A stretch of 32,000 nt of DNA, taken from the NCBI GenBank assembly GCA_017511645.1, contig JAFWJH010000003.1, positions 70,297-102,296 of the forward strand, written 5' to 3'. Each line of letters opens with the position of its first letter. The first letter of the stretch is position 1. Both the position numbers and the translations under genes were made by a program. Shown one piece after another: positions 1-6,991 of the stretch. The stretch is from Candidatus Saccharimonadota bacterium. Its GTDB lineage: Bacteria > Patescibacteriota > Saccharimonadia > Saccharimonadales > Saccharimonadaceae. Under the pieces are notes generated by a model that was not told the origin of the DNA, did not search any database, and saw nothing but the letters and a program-made list of their open reading frames with translations.

Positions 1-2
1 CT

Positions 3-152
3 GCCGCGCTCCGAAATTCCTTCGAACACAGTTGCATGGAATTACCAAATAACTCACATATTGCCAAACTAGTCGCCCGAATTGACGAGGAAGCACACCG
101 GTTCGCGATCACATACCATTCTTTACTCAAAAGAAAAAATATGCTAAAGTAG
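3..152 (+). CDS. 3' end of an ORF cut by the window edge; UvrC-like tail
   Basis: Frame 3 is open from the window edge to TAG at 150-152. The tail ..HIAKLVARIDEEAHRFAITYHSLLKRKNMLK carries a DE-x-HRFAI-x-H motif I recall from excinuclease subunit C. Only 49 codons are visible. Confidence 0.3.
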   Translation, partial: AALRNSFEHSCMELPNNSHIAKLVARIDEEAHRFAITYHSLLKRKNMLK

Positions 153-168
153 ACATAGGAGTTATTTT

Positions 169-396
169 ATGCAATTAGGAAGTTTTCTAGAAGTTATTAC
201 TTTTATTTCGGCGATTTTGACAATTCTTTTGATTTTACTACAACAACGTGGCGCGTCGCTTGGTGCTGGGTTTGGCAGCTCGGGTGAGCTCTATACTACT
301 CGTCGAGGGCTAGAAAAGTCGCTATTTATTGCTACGATTGTGTTTGCCGTTATCTTCGTATTATCGATTTTGGGGCTATTATTAATTCCGGCATAA
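169..396 (+). CDS. secG: preprotein translocase subunit SecG
   Basis: 75 aa with two hydrophobic helices flanking LLQQRGASLGAGFGSSG..RRGLEK, a typical SecG layout. TAGGAG RBS lies 6 nt upstream. Confidence 0.8.
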   Translation: MQLGSFLEVITFISAILTILLILLQQRGASLGAGFGSSGELYTTRRGLEKSLFIATIVFAVIFVLSILGLLLIPA

Positions 397-397
397 T

Positions 398-2125
398 ATG
401 AAAAGTTCTATCAAAAAGCGTGGGCAAAAGTTTATTAGAAGGTTTTCGCGTGCCTCAACTAGAGCAAGCGAAGAGAGCAAAGAGCATATTAAGGAAAACC
501 TGTTAGCCCGCATTTCACACATCGAGAATATCCGGCTGTTGATTTTTGAATGGGGGCTGCTGGTGGCGATGTTGATTATGTTGGCGATTACGCAAGCGTT
601 TTGGTTTGCTGATTCCTATTCAGAGAATGCCTTTAGCAATGGTGGGACTTATACAGAGGCGACGATCGGCGACGTGAGCTCACTCAACCCATTATTTGCC
701 ACCACTAATAGCGAAAAAGTGCTAAGCCGTCTGATGTTTGCTACGATTTCGACGATTGACTACTCTGGGCATCCTGGCGTCGGCCTGGCGCAGTCAATTT
801 TACCGAGTGAGGACGGTAAAGTTTGGACTATGGTGCTGCGCGACGACCTAAAATGGTCTGACGGCGAGCCGATTACAAACGCAGATGTGTTATTCACGAT
901 AGGTCTAATCAAAAACCCATCGGTAAACTCAATTTACGATTCAAACTTTTCCAATGTCAAGGTGAGCGAAAACGAGCAAGGTGAGATAGTATTTACCTTG
1001 CCATCTACTTACGCGGACTTTATCTCGGCGCTTAATGTGCCGGTACTACCTAAACATAAACTTGAAAATGTCGACCCAAAGACTTTGATCGAAGATAGTT
1101 TTTCGAACGCGCCAGTAACGTCGGGGGCGTTCACTTTTAATGCTTTGCAGTCTACTTCGGTGAGTGAAGAAAAGGTATATTATTTGTCAGCTAACCCGTA
1201 TTATTATAAGGGCGAGGGGTTGCTAAGTGGGTTTGCAGTACATACTTATAAAGACAAGGATGCGATAATAAATGCGCTTAATTCCGGTGCAGTGACGGCA
1301 ACAGCGGAGCTTTCTGCAGCTGATAAAGAACGTGTAAAATCAGCACAGTTCCAGCAAAAAAACTCCAGCCTAAACTCGGGGGCTTATATCTTCTTTAACA
1401 CTAATAGCGAAGCGATAAAAAATGCTGAGGTGCGCGCGGCAATCCGGCAGGGAATCGATATTGAGAAGATCCGTGCGGTAGCTACCGATACAGCGGCACT
1501 AGATTATCCTTTACTAGATTCGCAGATCGAGCTGTCGACATATCCGGAAATACCGACACGAGATTACGAAGCAGCAAAGGCAAAACTTGGTGATACTACT
1601 GCTATTCAATTAGAAGTCGCGACGATTAACTCTGGGTATTTACCCGGCGTAGCAGATGCGGTAGCAAATGAATTGAGAAACCTTGGCTTTGAAGTAAATG
1701 TATCCACTTATGACGAGAATCAAGAATTTATAAACAATGTGATCGCAAAACGGGCATATGATATTTTGATCTACGAAGTAGAGCTTGGTGCGGCGCCAGA
1801 CCCGTTGCCGTATTATCATTCTTCGCAAGCATCGAGTGCTGGGCTAAACTTATCTAATTACCGTAACACATTAGTGGACGATTTATTACTTGGTGCGCGC
1901 GATACTCTAGATCAAACCTTACAGGCTAAAAAGTATGAGACGTTTCTGAACTATTGGGTGACCGGTGTGCCAGCAATTGGCTTATATCAGCCGAACTTGA
2001 CGTATTTTTACAATCGCAATGTGAGGACGTTTAATAATGATATCCGACTAGTAACGGCGTTGGATAGGTTCACTGATATTACCGATTGGGCGGTAACGAA
2101 AGCGACCAAGAATAAGACACCGTAA
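398..2125 (+). CDS. ABC transporter substrate-binding protein, family 5 (peptide/nickel type), N-terminally membrane anchored
   Basis: 575 aa. A basic N-terminus and one TM helix precede an SBP_bac_5-like body (..VLRDDLKWSDGEPITNADVLFT.., ..NPYYYKG..). It starts 1 nt after the secG stop. Confidence 0.75.
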   Translation: MKSSIKKRGQKFIRRFSRASTRASEESKEHIKENLLARISHIENIRLLIFEWGLLVAMLIMLAITQAFWFADSYSENAFSNGGTYTEATIGDVSSLNPLFATTNSEKVLSRLMFATISTIDYSGHPGVGLAQSILPSEDGKVWTMVLRDDLKWSDGEPITNADVLFTIGLIKNPSVNSIYDSNFSNVKVSENEQGEIVFTLPSTYADFISALNVPVLPKHKLENVDPKTLIEDSFSNAPVTSGAFTFNALQSTSVSEEKVYYLSANPYYYKGEGLLSGFAVHTYKDKDAIINALNSGAVTATAELSAADKERVKSAQFQQKNSSLNSGAYIFFNTNSEAIKNAEVRAAIRQGIDIEKIRAVATDTAALDYPLLDSQIELSTYPEIPTRDYEAAKAKLGDTTAIQLEVATINSGYLPGVADAVANELRNLGFEVNVSTYDENQEFINNVIAKRAYDILIYEVELGAAPDPLPYYHSSQASSAGLNLSNYRNTLVDDLLLGARDTLDQTLQAKKYETFLNYWVTGVPAIGLYQPNLTYFYNRNVRTFNNDIRLVTALDRFTDITDWAVTKATKNKTP

Positions 2126-2140
2126 TTTACCCCTGTGATC

Positions 2141-2169
2141 TTGACTTTTATTAAGAAGTGTGATATAAT
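2141..2169 (+). promoter_or_regulatory. sigma70-type promoter: TTGACT, 17-nt spacer, extended -10 TGATATAAT
   Basis: TTGACT at 2141-2146, a 17-nt spacer, then TGaTATAAT at 2161-2169. It lies about 60 nt upstream of the ATG at 2230. Confidence 0.55.
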
Positions 2170-2229
2170 TAGGAATGAGGCTTGCTTCAGGGCCTTGAAA
2201 ATTGACAGATTGGAGTGTGATTTTAGATC

Positions 2230-2964
2230 ATGACAAGAACTGAAGGTAATTTCGTTACGATGGTATGCATCAGTAAGAAAGAGATAGTTGAAGCAATCAA
2301 CAAAAATGACTGCAAGGCCATAATTGAGATGTTGGAGGGGTCTGGTTTTAGTAAAGGCGATACCCCACCCCATTTCGTTCCTGCCGCGAGAGATTTTTTA
2401 ACCACATTATTGGCTACCGCAGCGGCATCAGCCGCAAAAGGGACGCTTGATAAGAAAATTGCTGAAATATTAATTGAGCATGCAGCAATTGCTGTACGGG
2501 TTTTTAATTTTATCCTGCCGGCACGTGTTTATCTTGAGCCTACCGAAAATCTGATAAACTTCGGAGATATTCCCAAAGATATCAGAAAGGCGATCAAAGA
2601 AGACAATACCAGTAAAAAGATTTTAAACAAAATCTCCTCGCTCGAAAAGAACCGCTTTGTTCTGTTGATTGATTATTTGCTGAGCGGTGAAGTAGAAACC
2701 ATTAGCGGCTACTTCACCCCCACGATTCTCCGGTATTTCTATGAAATAATACCCGATGGATTATTCTTTGCCTTAATGGCGACATCCCTTAAAGAACCGG
2801 TGTCTGAAATCGGAATCGGAATGGTAGATCTGGGAGATCTCATGTCTATGCTCGATAGTGTATGTGTAGGGAATGATGAAGACAAAAACGAAAGTTGCAC
2901 TTGCGACGAAAGCTGCAGCGAAGGGGGATGCTGCGACGAATGCGGCAAGTGTGAGAATAATTAA
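2230..2964 (+). CDS. hypothetical protein with acidic Cys-rich C-terminal tail
   Basis: 244-aa ORF with its own promoter and a strong terminator. The last ~35 residues are CVGNDEDKNESCTCDESCSEGGCCDECGKCENN (9 Cys). I recognise no family. Confidence 0.6.
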   Translation: MTRTEGNFVTMVCISKKEIVEAINKNDCKAIIEMLEGSGFSKGDTPPHFVPAARDFLTTLLATAAASAAKGTLDKKIAEILIEHAAIAVRVFNFILPARVYLEPTENLINFGDIPKDIRKAIKEDNTSKKILNKISSLEKNRFVLLIDYLLSGEVETISGYFTPTILRYFYEIIPDGLFFALMATSLKEPVSEIGIGMVDLGDLMSMLDSVCVGNDEDKNESCTCDESCSEGGCCDECGKCENN

Positions 2965-2980
2965 CTCCAATCACCCCCCA

Positions 2981-3008
2981 GCGCCCCTTATGGTAAGGGG
3001 CGCATTTT
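2981..3008 (+). terminator. rho-independent terminator
   Basis: GCGCCCCTTA-tgg-TAAGGGGCGC, a 10-bp GC-rich stem, followed by ATTTTCGTG, 17 nt after the stop codon. Confidence 0.75.
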
Positions 3009-3014
3009 CGTGTA

Positions 3015-3046
3015 TCAAAAAATGCCCTAGAGGCATCTTTTTTTCG
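3015..3046. terminator. weak bidirectional hairpin; plausible original terminator of tRNA-Leu before island insertion
   Basis: AAAAAATGCC-ctaga-GGCATCTTTTTTT: a 5-bp stem with an A-run on one side and a T-run on the other, directly abutting the TGGTGCGCG repeat. Confidence 0.4.
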
Positions 3047-3055
3047 TGGTGCGCG
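3047..3055. repeat. left copy of a 9-nt direct repeat, TGGTGCGCG (antisense of tRNA 3' end CGCGCACCA); candidate island junction
   Basis: Identical 9-mer at 24900-24908, which is the 3' end of tRNA-Leu on the minus strand. A random 9-mer match in 32 kb is not rare, so this rests on context. Confidence 0.4.
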
Positions 3056-3303
3056 TAATCCAAATCTTTACGAACCACTCTGTAACGCAATTGATTACAT
3101 AATTTCGCATTCGGACTACCGCCCTACTTATATTCTAGTTGAAAGCAATATAATTGTCAATGAACGAGATTTTATATATTAGGGCTATGACAGCCAATGC
3201 ATTTACGAACCAGTAATACAAAAATAAGTGAATAATGCTAAGTAGGACAACCTAACACCATCATTGTCATCGTAAAAGCTCTCTTTAGAGCTTCCATTGT
3301 CAA

Positions 3304-3312
3304 TGTTATAAT
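3304..3312 (+). promoter_or_regulatory. extended -10 element TGTTATAAT
   Basis: TGtTATAAT lies 46 nt upstream of the ATG at 3358. It is preceded by a 7-bp hairpin AAGCTCT/AGAGCTT at 3276-3293 (stem arms 3276-3282 and 3287-3293). Confidence 0.4.
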
Positions 3313-3357
3313 GGGAATAATACCGCTTTAAGCGCATCCCTAAGAGAAAAGGGCAAT

Positions 3358-3798
3358 ATGGTAAAAAGCCGTATCTACAAGAAGCCAAAGAATGGCGGAC
3401 CGATAGAAGTCACCGCAAGGCAACTAACCGAATTATACGAAAAACACGAAGGTATACTCACCTCGCGTCAATATAATGACTTAAAAGAAATGGTGCTCGT
3501 CGATTCGAGCGTTCGTGATGCTAAATGGGCGCTTAGGGAGTTTGATGACGAGACTTTGCTTGGAACTTGGGACAAAGAAATGCGCTATGGCTACGGAAAA
3601 CGCATTTATATTCACTTAGACCGCGAAGACGAGGATAAATATTATTTCTCTCTCGCCTATATCCCACGTGCCCTAAATAACCGCGACGTAAACGAGGCGA
3701 TTTTGCGCATGTATTTTGTCCGGCGTTGGTCGGTTGAGAAGCGCTTTTTGTGGGCGGAACCAATCGATATTACGCCGAGCTATGGTAACGATTTTTAG
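3358..3798 (+). CDS. hypothetical protein
   Basis: 146-aa ORF downstream of an extended -10 element. No recognisable motif. Confidence 0.55.
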   Translation: MVKSRIYKKPKNGGPIEVTARQLTELYEKHEGILTSRQYNDLKEMVLVDSSVRDAKWALREFDDETLLGTWDKEMRYGYGKRIYIHLDREDEDKYYFSLAYIPRALNNRDVNEAILRMYFVRRWSVEKRFLWAEPIDITPSYGNDF

Positions 3799-3919
3799 AA
3801 AATAAAACTACAATAAGTCAATGGAGGGTATCCACTTGATCACAAACGGTGTTTCGGTCTGTTTCGTGCATAAAACAGGGGTAGAAATTTTTCTTGACGA
3901 GAAATGGTGAGATATGTTA

Positions 3920-4909
3920 TTATTTACCGTTAATTTTGGCTTCAATTTCAGCAAGTTCAGTTATCAAATCATCAAAATCTGGACGTTCACCATAAATCAT
4001 GCCTGCCATCTTTGAATAATCACGCTTTAAAGCTTCCTTGTGAATATTAGACGGAATAAGTTTGAGCGAACCGATTCTGGCTGAGTCATACTCTGCCCAT
4101 TTTCGCGGATAAAACTTAGCTTTAAAATCAGCAACTTGCTTTAGTAAATCAGATTGAGCTAGAGCCTTATCGAGCACGCCAAGTTTCGCCATGCGATAAA
4201 TGTCGTAATAATGACGCGATATTCTCGGAGGGACAGGCAAATCATCTGGGCGGTTAGCTTCGTGATGCAAGATTGTTGCCTTCTCCCAGAAAGTGCGTTC
4301 TGGTGTAGTAGTGCGGACCGAAACGGAAGCATCACTGAACTGCGCTGGATAGACCTCGGCGATATACGGTCGGATAGTGGAGGCTTCAGTGGGCGTCCAA
4401 GCCGCTTTGGCGCCGATTTCAAGCCGAATTACGTGCAGAATAGACTCATCTGCATAATCATTCCCATACCCGACGATAATCGCATCATCATCGTAGCCGA
4501 TATTGATGCCGCGATTTATAAGATTTGTAAGATCTTCCTTGAGTTTAGGAATGAATGTGGATCTTAAAAATTTCTCAGTCTTTACATCGAATTCCTTATT
4601 TAGCGCATCCTGTTTTGTATTCGAGCGGTTCTCTAGTGGTTCTTTCGTTCCAAAACCAATCACGCGCCAATCCAAAATTAAATCAATATCTTCGGAAAAA
4701 CGCTCGATGAGATTAAAAGCCTTAGATAAACTCGTGCCGCCTTTAAAAGCAAGATTATCTTTCCATGGGCTTTTAGTAAAAAGATAGTCGAGGATAGCAC
4801 AAACGAAGAGGTCTTTTTCGATAATGGCAGGACTTAAATTTTTAGCTTCAGAAACTTTTCCAATGATTATTGATAATTCATCCTTCGGAAGATTTACTAG
4901 ATCATACAT
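3920..4909 (-). CDS. abiEii: nucleotidyltransferase AbiEii/AbiGii-family toxin (type IV TA)
   Basis: 329 aa with ..LAFKGGTSLSKAFNLIERFSEDIDL.., the characteristic AbiEii NTase motif region. It starts 1 nt after the stop of the upstream antitoxin gene. Confidence 0.85.
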   Translation of the reverse strand: MYDLVNLPKDELSIIIGKVSEAKNLSPAIIEKDLFVCAILDYLFTKSPWKDNLAFKGGTSLSKAFNLIERFSEDIDLILDWRVIGFGTKEPLENRSNTKQDALNKEFDVKTEKFLRSTFIPKLKEDLTNLINRGINIGYDDDAIIVGYGNDYADESILHVIRLEIGAKAAWTPTEASTIRPYIAEVYPAQFSDASVSVRTTTPERTFWEKATILHHEANRPDDLPVPPRISRHYYDIYRMAKLGVLDKALAQSDLLKQVADFKAKFYPRKWAEYDSARIGSLKLIPSNIHKEALKRDYSKMAGMIYGERPDFDDLITELAEIEAKINGK

Positions 4910-4910
4910 C

Positions 4911-5510
4911 TTAAACCTCGCAAATCTTCTTTATTACTTCGTAAATCCAATTCGTAGTAGGCTTTGCTTCGGCTAGTAGTTTCTCTTTTTCCGCAACCGA
5001 AGTTTTTCCAGCTAACTGCTCAATAATATCTTTCGAGGCATGCTCAGGCCCCAAAGCCTTAATAGCCTGTATGATAAGCATTGTTTTTCTCGACATACCA
5101 TTTAGTTCTCGATCTGCACGGTGGATAAAGTTGATGGAACGATTATCGATTTGATAGCTTTTCGAGTCGCCACTGCTAAGATATTCCCACTTTGCTGGAA
5201 CTTGCGTTGAAAGGCCGAGTAAGTTTAAGGCCGTATTGCCGTCTGGAGCGATAGTCCAGTTATTCTTGCGTGCGATTGTCTCAGCAACAGCATTAATGTC
5301 TGGCGCTGAATTTTCCTGTAGGATTTCAGAAAAAGCTGGTTTATCGTAAATACCGGGTAAAATTCGACGAATCTTACCTTCGCCTTCGAGACGAGAAAAG
5401 ATTTGACGAAGATTATTATCTGCTGTTATATCAGCAAAATCAGAGGTCGTGAAAACACTACCGTCTGGCATATCTATAATTCTTTTTTCAGCTAATTCGT
5501 GATTGCTCAT
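4911..5510 (-). CDS. abiEi: AbiEi-family antitoxin / transcriptional autoregulator (wHTH, DUF6088-like)
   Basis: 199 aa, upstream of and coupled to abiEii. The N-terminal ..FTTSDFADI..RQIFSRLEGEGKIRRILPGIYDKP.. resembles the AbiEi winged-helix domain. AGGAG RBS and TATAAT lie upstream. Confidence 0.7.
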   Translation of the reverse strand: MSNHELAEKRIIDMPDGSVFTTSDFADITADNNLRQIFSRLEGEGKIRRILPGIYDKPAFSEILQENSAPDINAVAETIARKNNWTIAPDGNTALNLLGLSTQVPAKWEYLSSGDSKSYQIDNRSINFIHRADRELNGMSRKTMLIIQAIKALGPEHASKDIIEQLAGKTSVAEKEKLLAEAKPTTNWIYEVIKKICEV

Positions 5511-5537
5511 ATTTTTCTCCTTAAATCCATTATACTC

Positions 5538-5571
5538 TATGTAACGAAAATTGGGTAGTTTTCGTTACATA
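5538..5571. promoter_or_regulatory. perfect 13-bp inverted repeat, candidate AbiEi operator
   Basis: TATGTAACGAAAA-n8-TTTTCGTTACATA. It lies immediately upstream of the minus-strand TATAAT (5534-5529) of the abiE operon and overlaps the -35/spacer position. Confidence 0.6.
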
Positions 5572-5594
5572 ATAAATTCTAAGAAGCTGGATTA

Positions 5595-5603
5595 TGATAT
5601 AAT
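5595..5603 (+). promoter_or_regulatory. extended -10 element TGATATAAT
   Basis: Exact TGATATAAT 30 nt upstream of the glycosyltransferase ATG at 5634. Confidence 0.45.
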
Positions 5604-5633
5604 ACGTAAGAGATAACAAAGAATAAACTTAAT

Positions 5634-6782
5634 ATGAAAATATTATTTTCATCTGACGTGTGTGAATACCAAATAAGCGGGGCTCATAATTCAAACGCTG
5701 CATTAAAAGATGAGCTAAGAAAACTGGGGCATGATGTCCGGATGCTTGTTTTATCTCCAAACGGTAAATCATATTTTAAGGATAATAATTATTATATTGC
5801 GTCTAAGCCGATTCCGGTTTATCCGGGGGCAAGGTTTAGTTTAAAAACACATGATAAGTTGATACAAAAAATCATAGATTGGAAACCCGATATTGTCCAT
5901 GCTCAATCAGAATTTACCACTAAAATTCTTGCAAATAAAATAATAAAAACCCTCAATATTCCATTTGTGGCAACATGCCATACATTATACGAAGATTATA
6001 CTGAATATTTTTGCCCAAACAAGAAACTTGGCAAGAAAATTGTGAAAATTATGAGCAATAAAATCTATAACACTTCGGCGACGCTAATTGTCCCGTCGGA
6101 AAAGGTAAAAGCTGTAATGGAAAAATATGGTATAAAATGCCCGATAGAAATCATTCCTTCCGGTATAGATATGAATATCTATAAGAAAAGATTGCCCAAA
6201 AAAGAAAAAACGAAAATTTTATCCGAATTAGGTTTGCAAAATTCTAATAAATATTTAGTAACAGTATGCAGATTGGCAGCAGAAAAGAATATAGATGAGT
6301 TACTTAGGTATTTGCCAGCATTAACAAAAAGAGACAAAGACATAAAACTAATCATAGTGGGGGATGGACCATATAAAACAAAATTAGTTAAGGAAATAAA
6401 TAAATTGGATATGAGTGACCATGTGATTTTTACCGGTGCGATTTTGCGAGATGAAATATACAAATATTATCAATTGGGGAATATTTTCGTATCAGCATCA
6501 ACGAGTGAGACGCAAGGGCTAACATATGTAGAGGCATTAGCATCTGGGATGCCCATGGTCTGCAAAAAAGATAAATGTCTAGATAGGATAATAGAAAAAG
6601 GTAGCAACGGATTTGTTTTTGAAAATGAAGATGATTTTATAGAAGGTGTTGAGTCTATATTAAACAATAAGATATTGATGGATGATATGCATAAAAATTC
6701 CTTGAAAAAATCCAATAATTTTAGCAAAGAAGAGTTTGGTATAAAAGTCGAAAGATTATATAAAAAAGTATTAGACATATAG
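5634..6782 (+). CDS. GT4 glycosyltransferase, diacylglycerol glycosyltransferase (glycolipid synthase)-like
   Basis: 382 aa. It has MKILFSSD.., ..DIVHAQSEFT.., ..CHTLYEDYTEY.. and the E-x7-E region ..SETQGLTYVEALASGMPMV... This resembles the alpha-monoglucosyl-DAG synthase type of GT4 enzymes. Confidence 0.8.
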   Translation: MKILFSSDVCEYQISGAHNSNAALKDELRKLGHDVRMLVLSPNGKSYFKDNNYYIASKPIPVYPGARFSLKTHDKLIQKIIDWKPDIVHAQSEFTTKILANKIIKTLNIPFVATCHTLYEDYTEYFCPNKKLGKKIVKIMSNKIYNTSATLIVPSEKVKAVMEKYGIKCPIEIIPSGIDMNIYKKRLPKKEKTKILSELGLQNSNKYLVTVCRLAAEKNIDELLRYLPALTKRDKDIKLIIVGDGPYKTKLVKEINKLDMSDHVIFTGAILRDEIYKYYQLGNIFVSASTSETQGLTYVEALASGMPMVCKKDKCLDRIIEKGSNGFVFENEDDFIEGVESILNNKILMDDMHKNSLKKSNNFSKEEFGIKVERLYKKVLDI

Positions 6783-6803
6783 CCGTAATTTTGGCGGCGG
6801 GTA

Positions 6804-6812
6804 TGATATAAT
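6804..6812 (+). promoter_or_regulatory. extended -10 element TGATATAAT for the 17-gene operon
   Basis: Exact TGATATAAT in the 209-nt gap between the GT4 stop (6782) and the preferred SDR start (6992). Confidence 0.45.
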
Positions 6813-6819
6813 AAAAATA

Positions 6820-6991
6820 GTTCTAGATTTCAATTTCATGGTAAGTCTACCCCTAACAAGGTAGTGTGAAATATCGAACCCTGCGTGGAGCACTCGCTCC
6901 AGTTGGCTCGATAGCTTACTGTGAAAAATGAAGTCTAGAACACTCCATGGCGAGTGTTCCACTTGGTTATGGGGATAGTATGGAGAAAATC
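6820..6991 (+). promoter_or_regulatory. long, relatively GC-rich structured 5' leader (candidate cis-regulatory RNA, class unknown)
   Basis: Local hairpins: CTACC/GGTAG (6847-6864), TGGAGC/GCTCCA (6886-6901) and GAACACTC/GAGTGTTC (6938-6959). A possible long-range helix pairs GTTCTAGA (6820-6827) with TCTAGAAC (6934-6941) and competes with the last hairpin. CTCC at 6943-6946 is complementary to the SD GGAG at 6982-6985. Confidence 0.3.

Noticed and set aside
2008-2405. 121-aa and 60-aa minus-strand ORFs
   Set aside because: They overlap the 3' end of the solute-binding protein gene, the consensus promoter at 2141-2169 and the 5' end of the 2230 gene. They have no start signals of their own.
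2873-3058. 61-aa plus-strand ORF
   Set aside because: It is an alternative frame of the Cys-rich tail region and reads straight through two terminator hairpins.
3203-3388. 61-aa minus-strand ORF
   Set aside because: It overlaps the promoter and start of the plus-strand gene at 3358 and lacks an RBS. It lies in the repeat-rich non-coding island end.
4159-4787. Alternative-frame and antisense ORFs (87, 118, 94 aa) within abiEii
   Set aside because: The abiEii frame carries the diagnostic NTase motifs. The others are overlapping shadow frames.
6868-6885. tRNA T-arm-like TCGAACCC, a possible tRNA fragment or second att remnant
   Set aside because: The flanking bases do not form a T-stem or acceptor stem, and there is no match to the tRNA-Leu beyond a few bases.
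6771-6962. 63-aa minus-strand ORF across the GT4/SDR gap
   Set aside because: It has a GTG start with no SD, overlaps the GT4 stop and the operon promoter, and coincides with hairpin-forming sequence. I favour a structured plus-strand leader, but this is not fully excluded.
6838-6978. Tiny leader peptides (8 aa at 6838-6864; 16 aa at 6928-6978) in the operon leader
   Set aside because: Neither has an SD sequence or a codon pattern suggestive of attenuation. They are reported only as part of the structured-leader hypothesis.
6947-6991. Longer N-terminus of the SDR (ORF-track start at 6947)
   Set aside because: The extension MASVPLGYGDSMEKI precedes the Rossmann motif by an unusual distance and overlaps the leader hairpin. 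The ATG at 6992 has GGAG 6 nt upstream.
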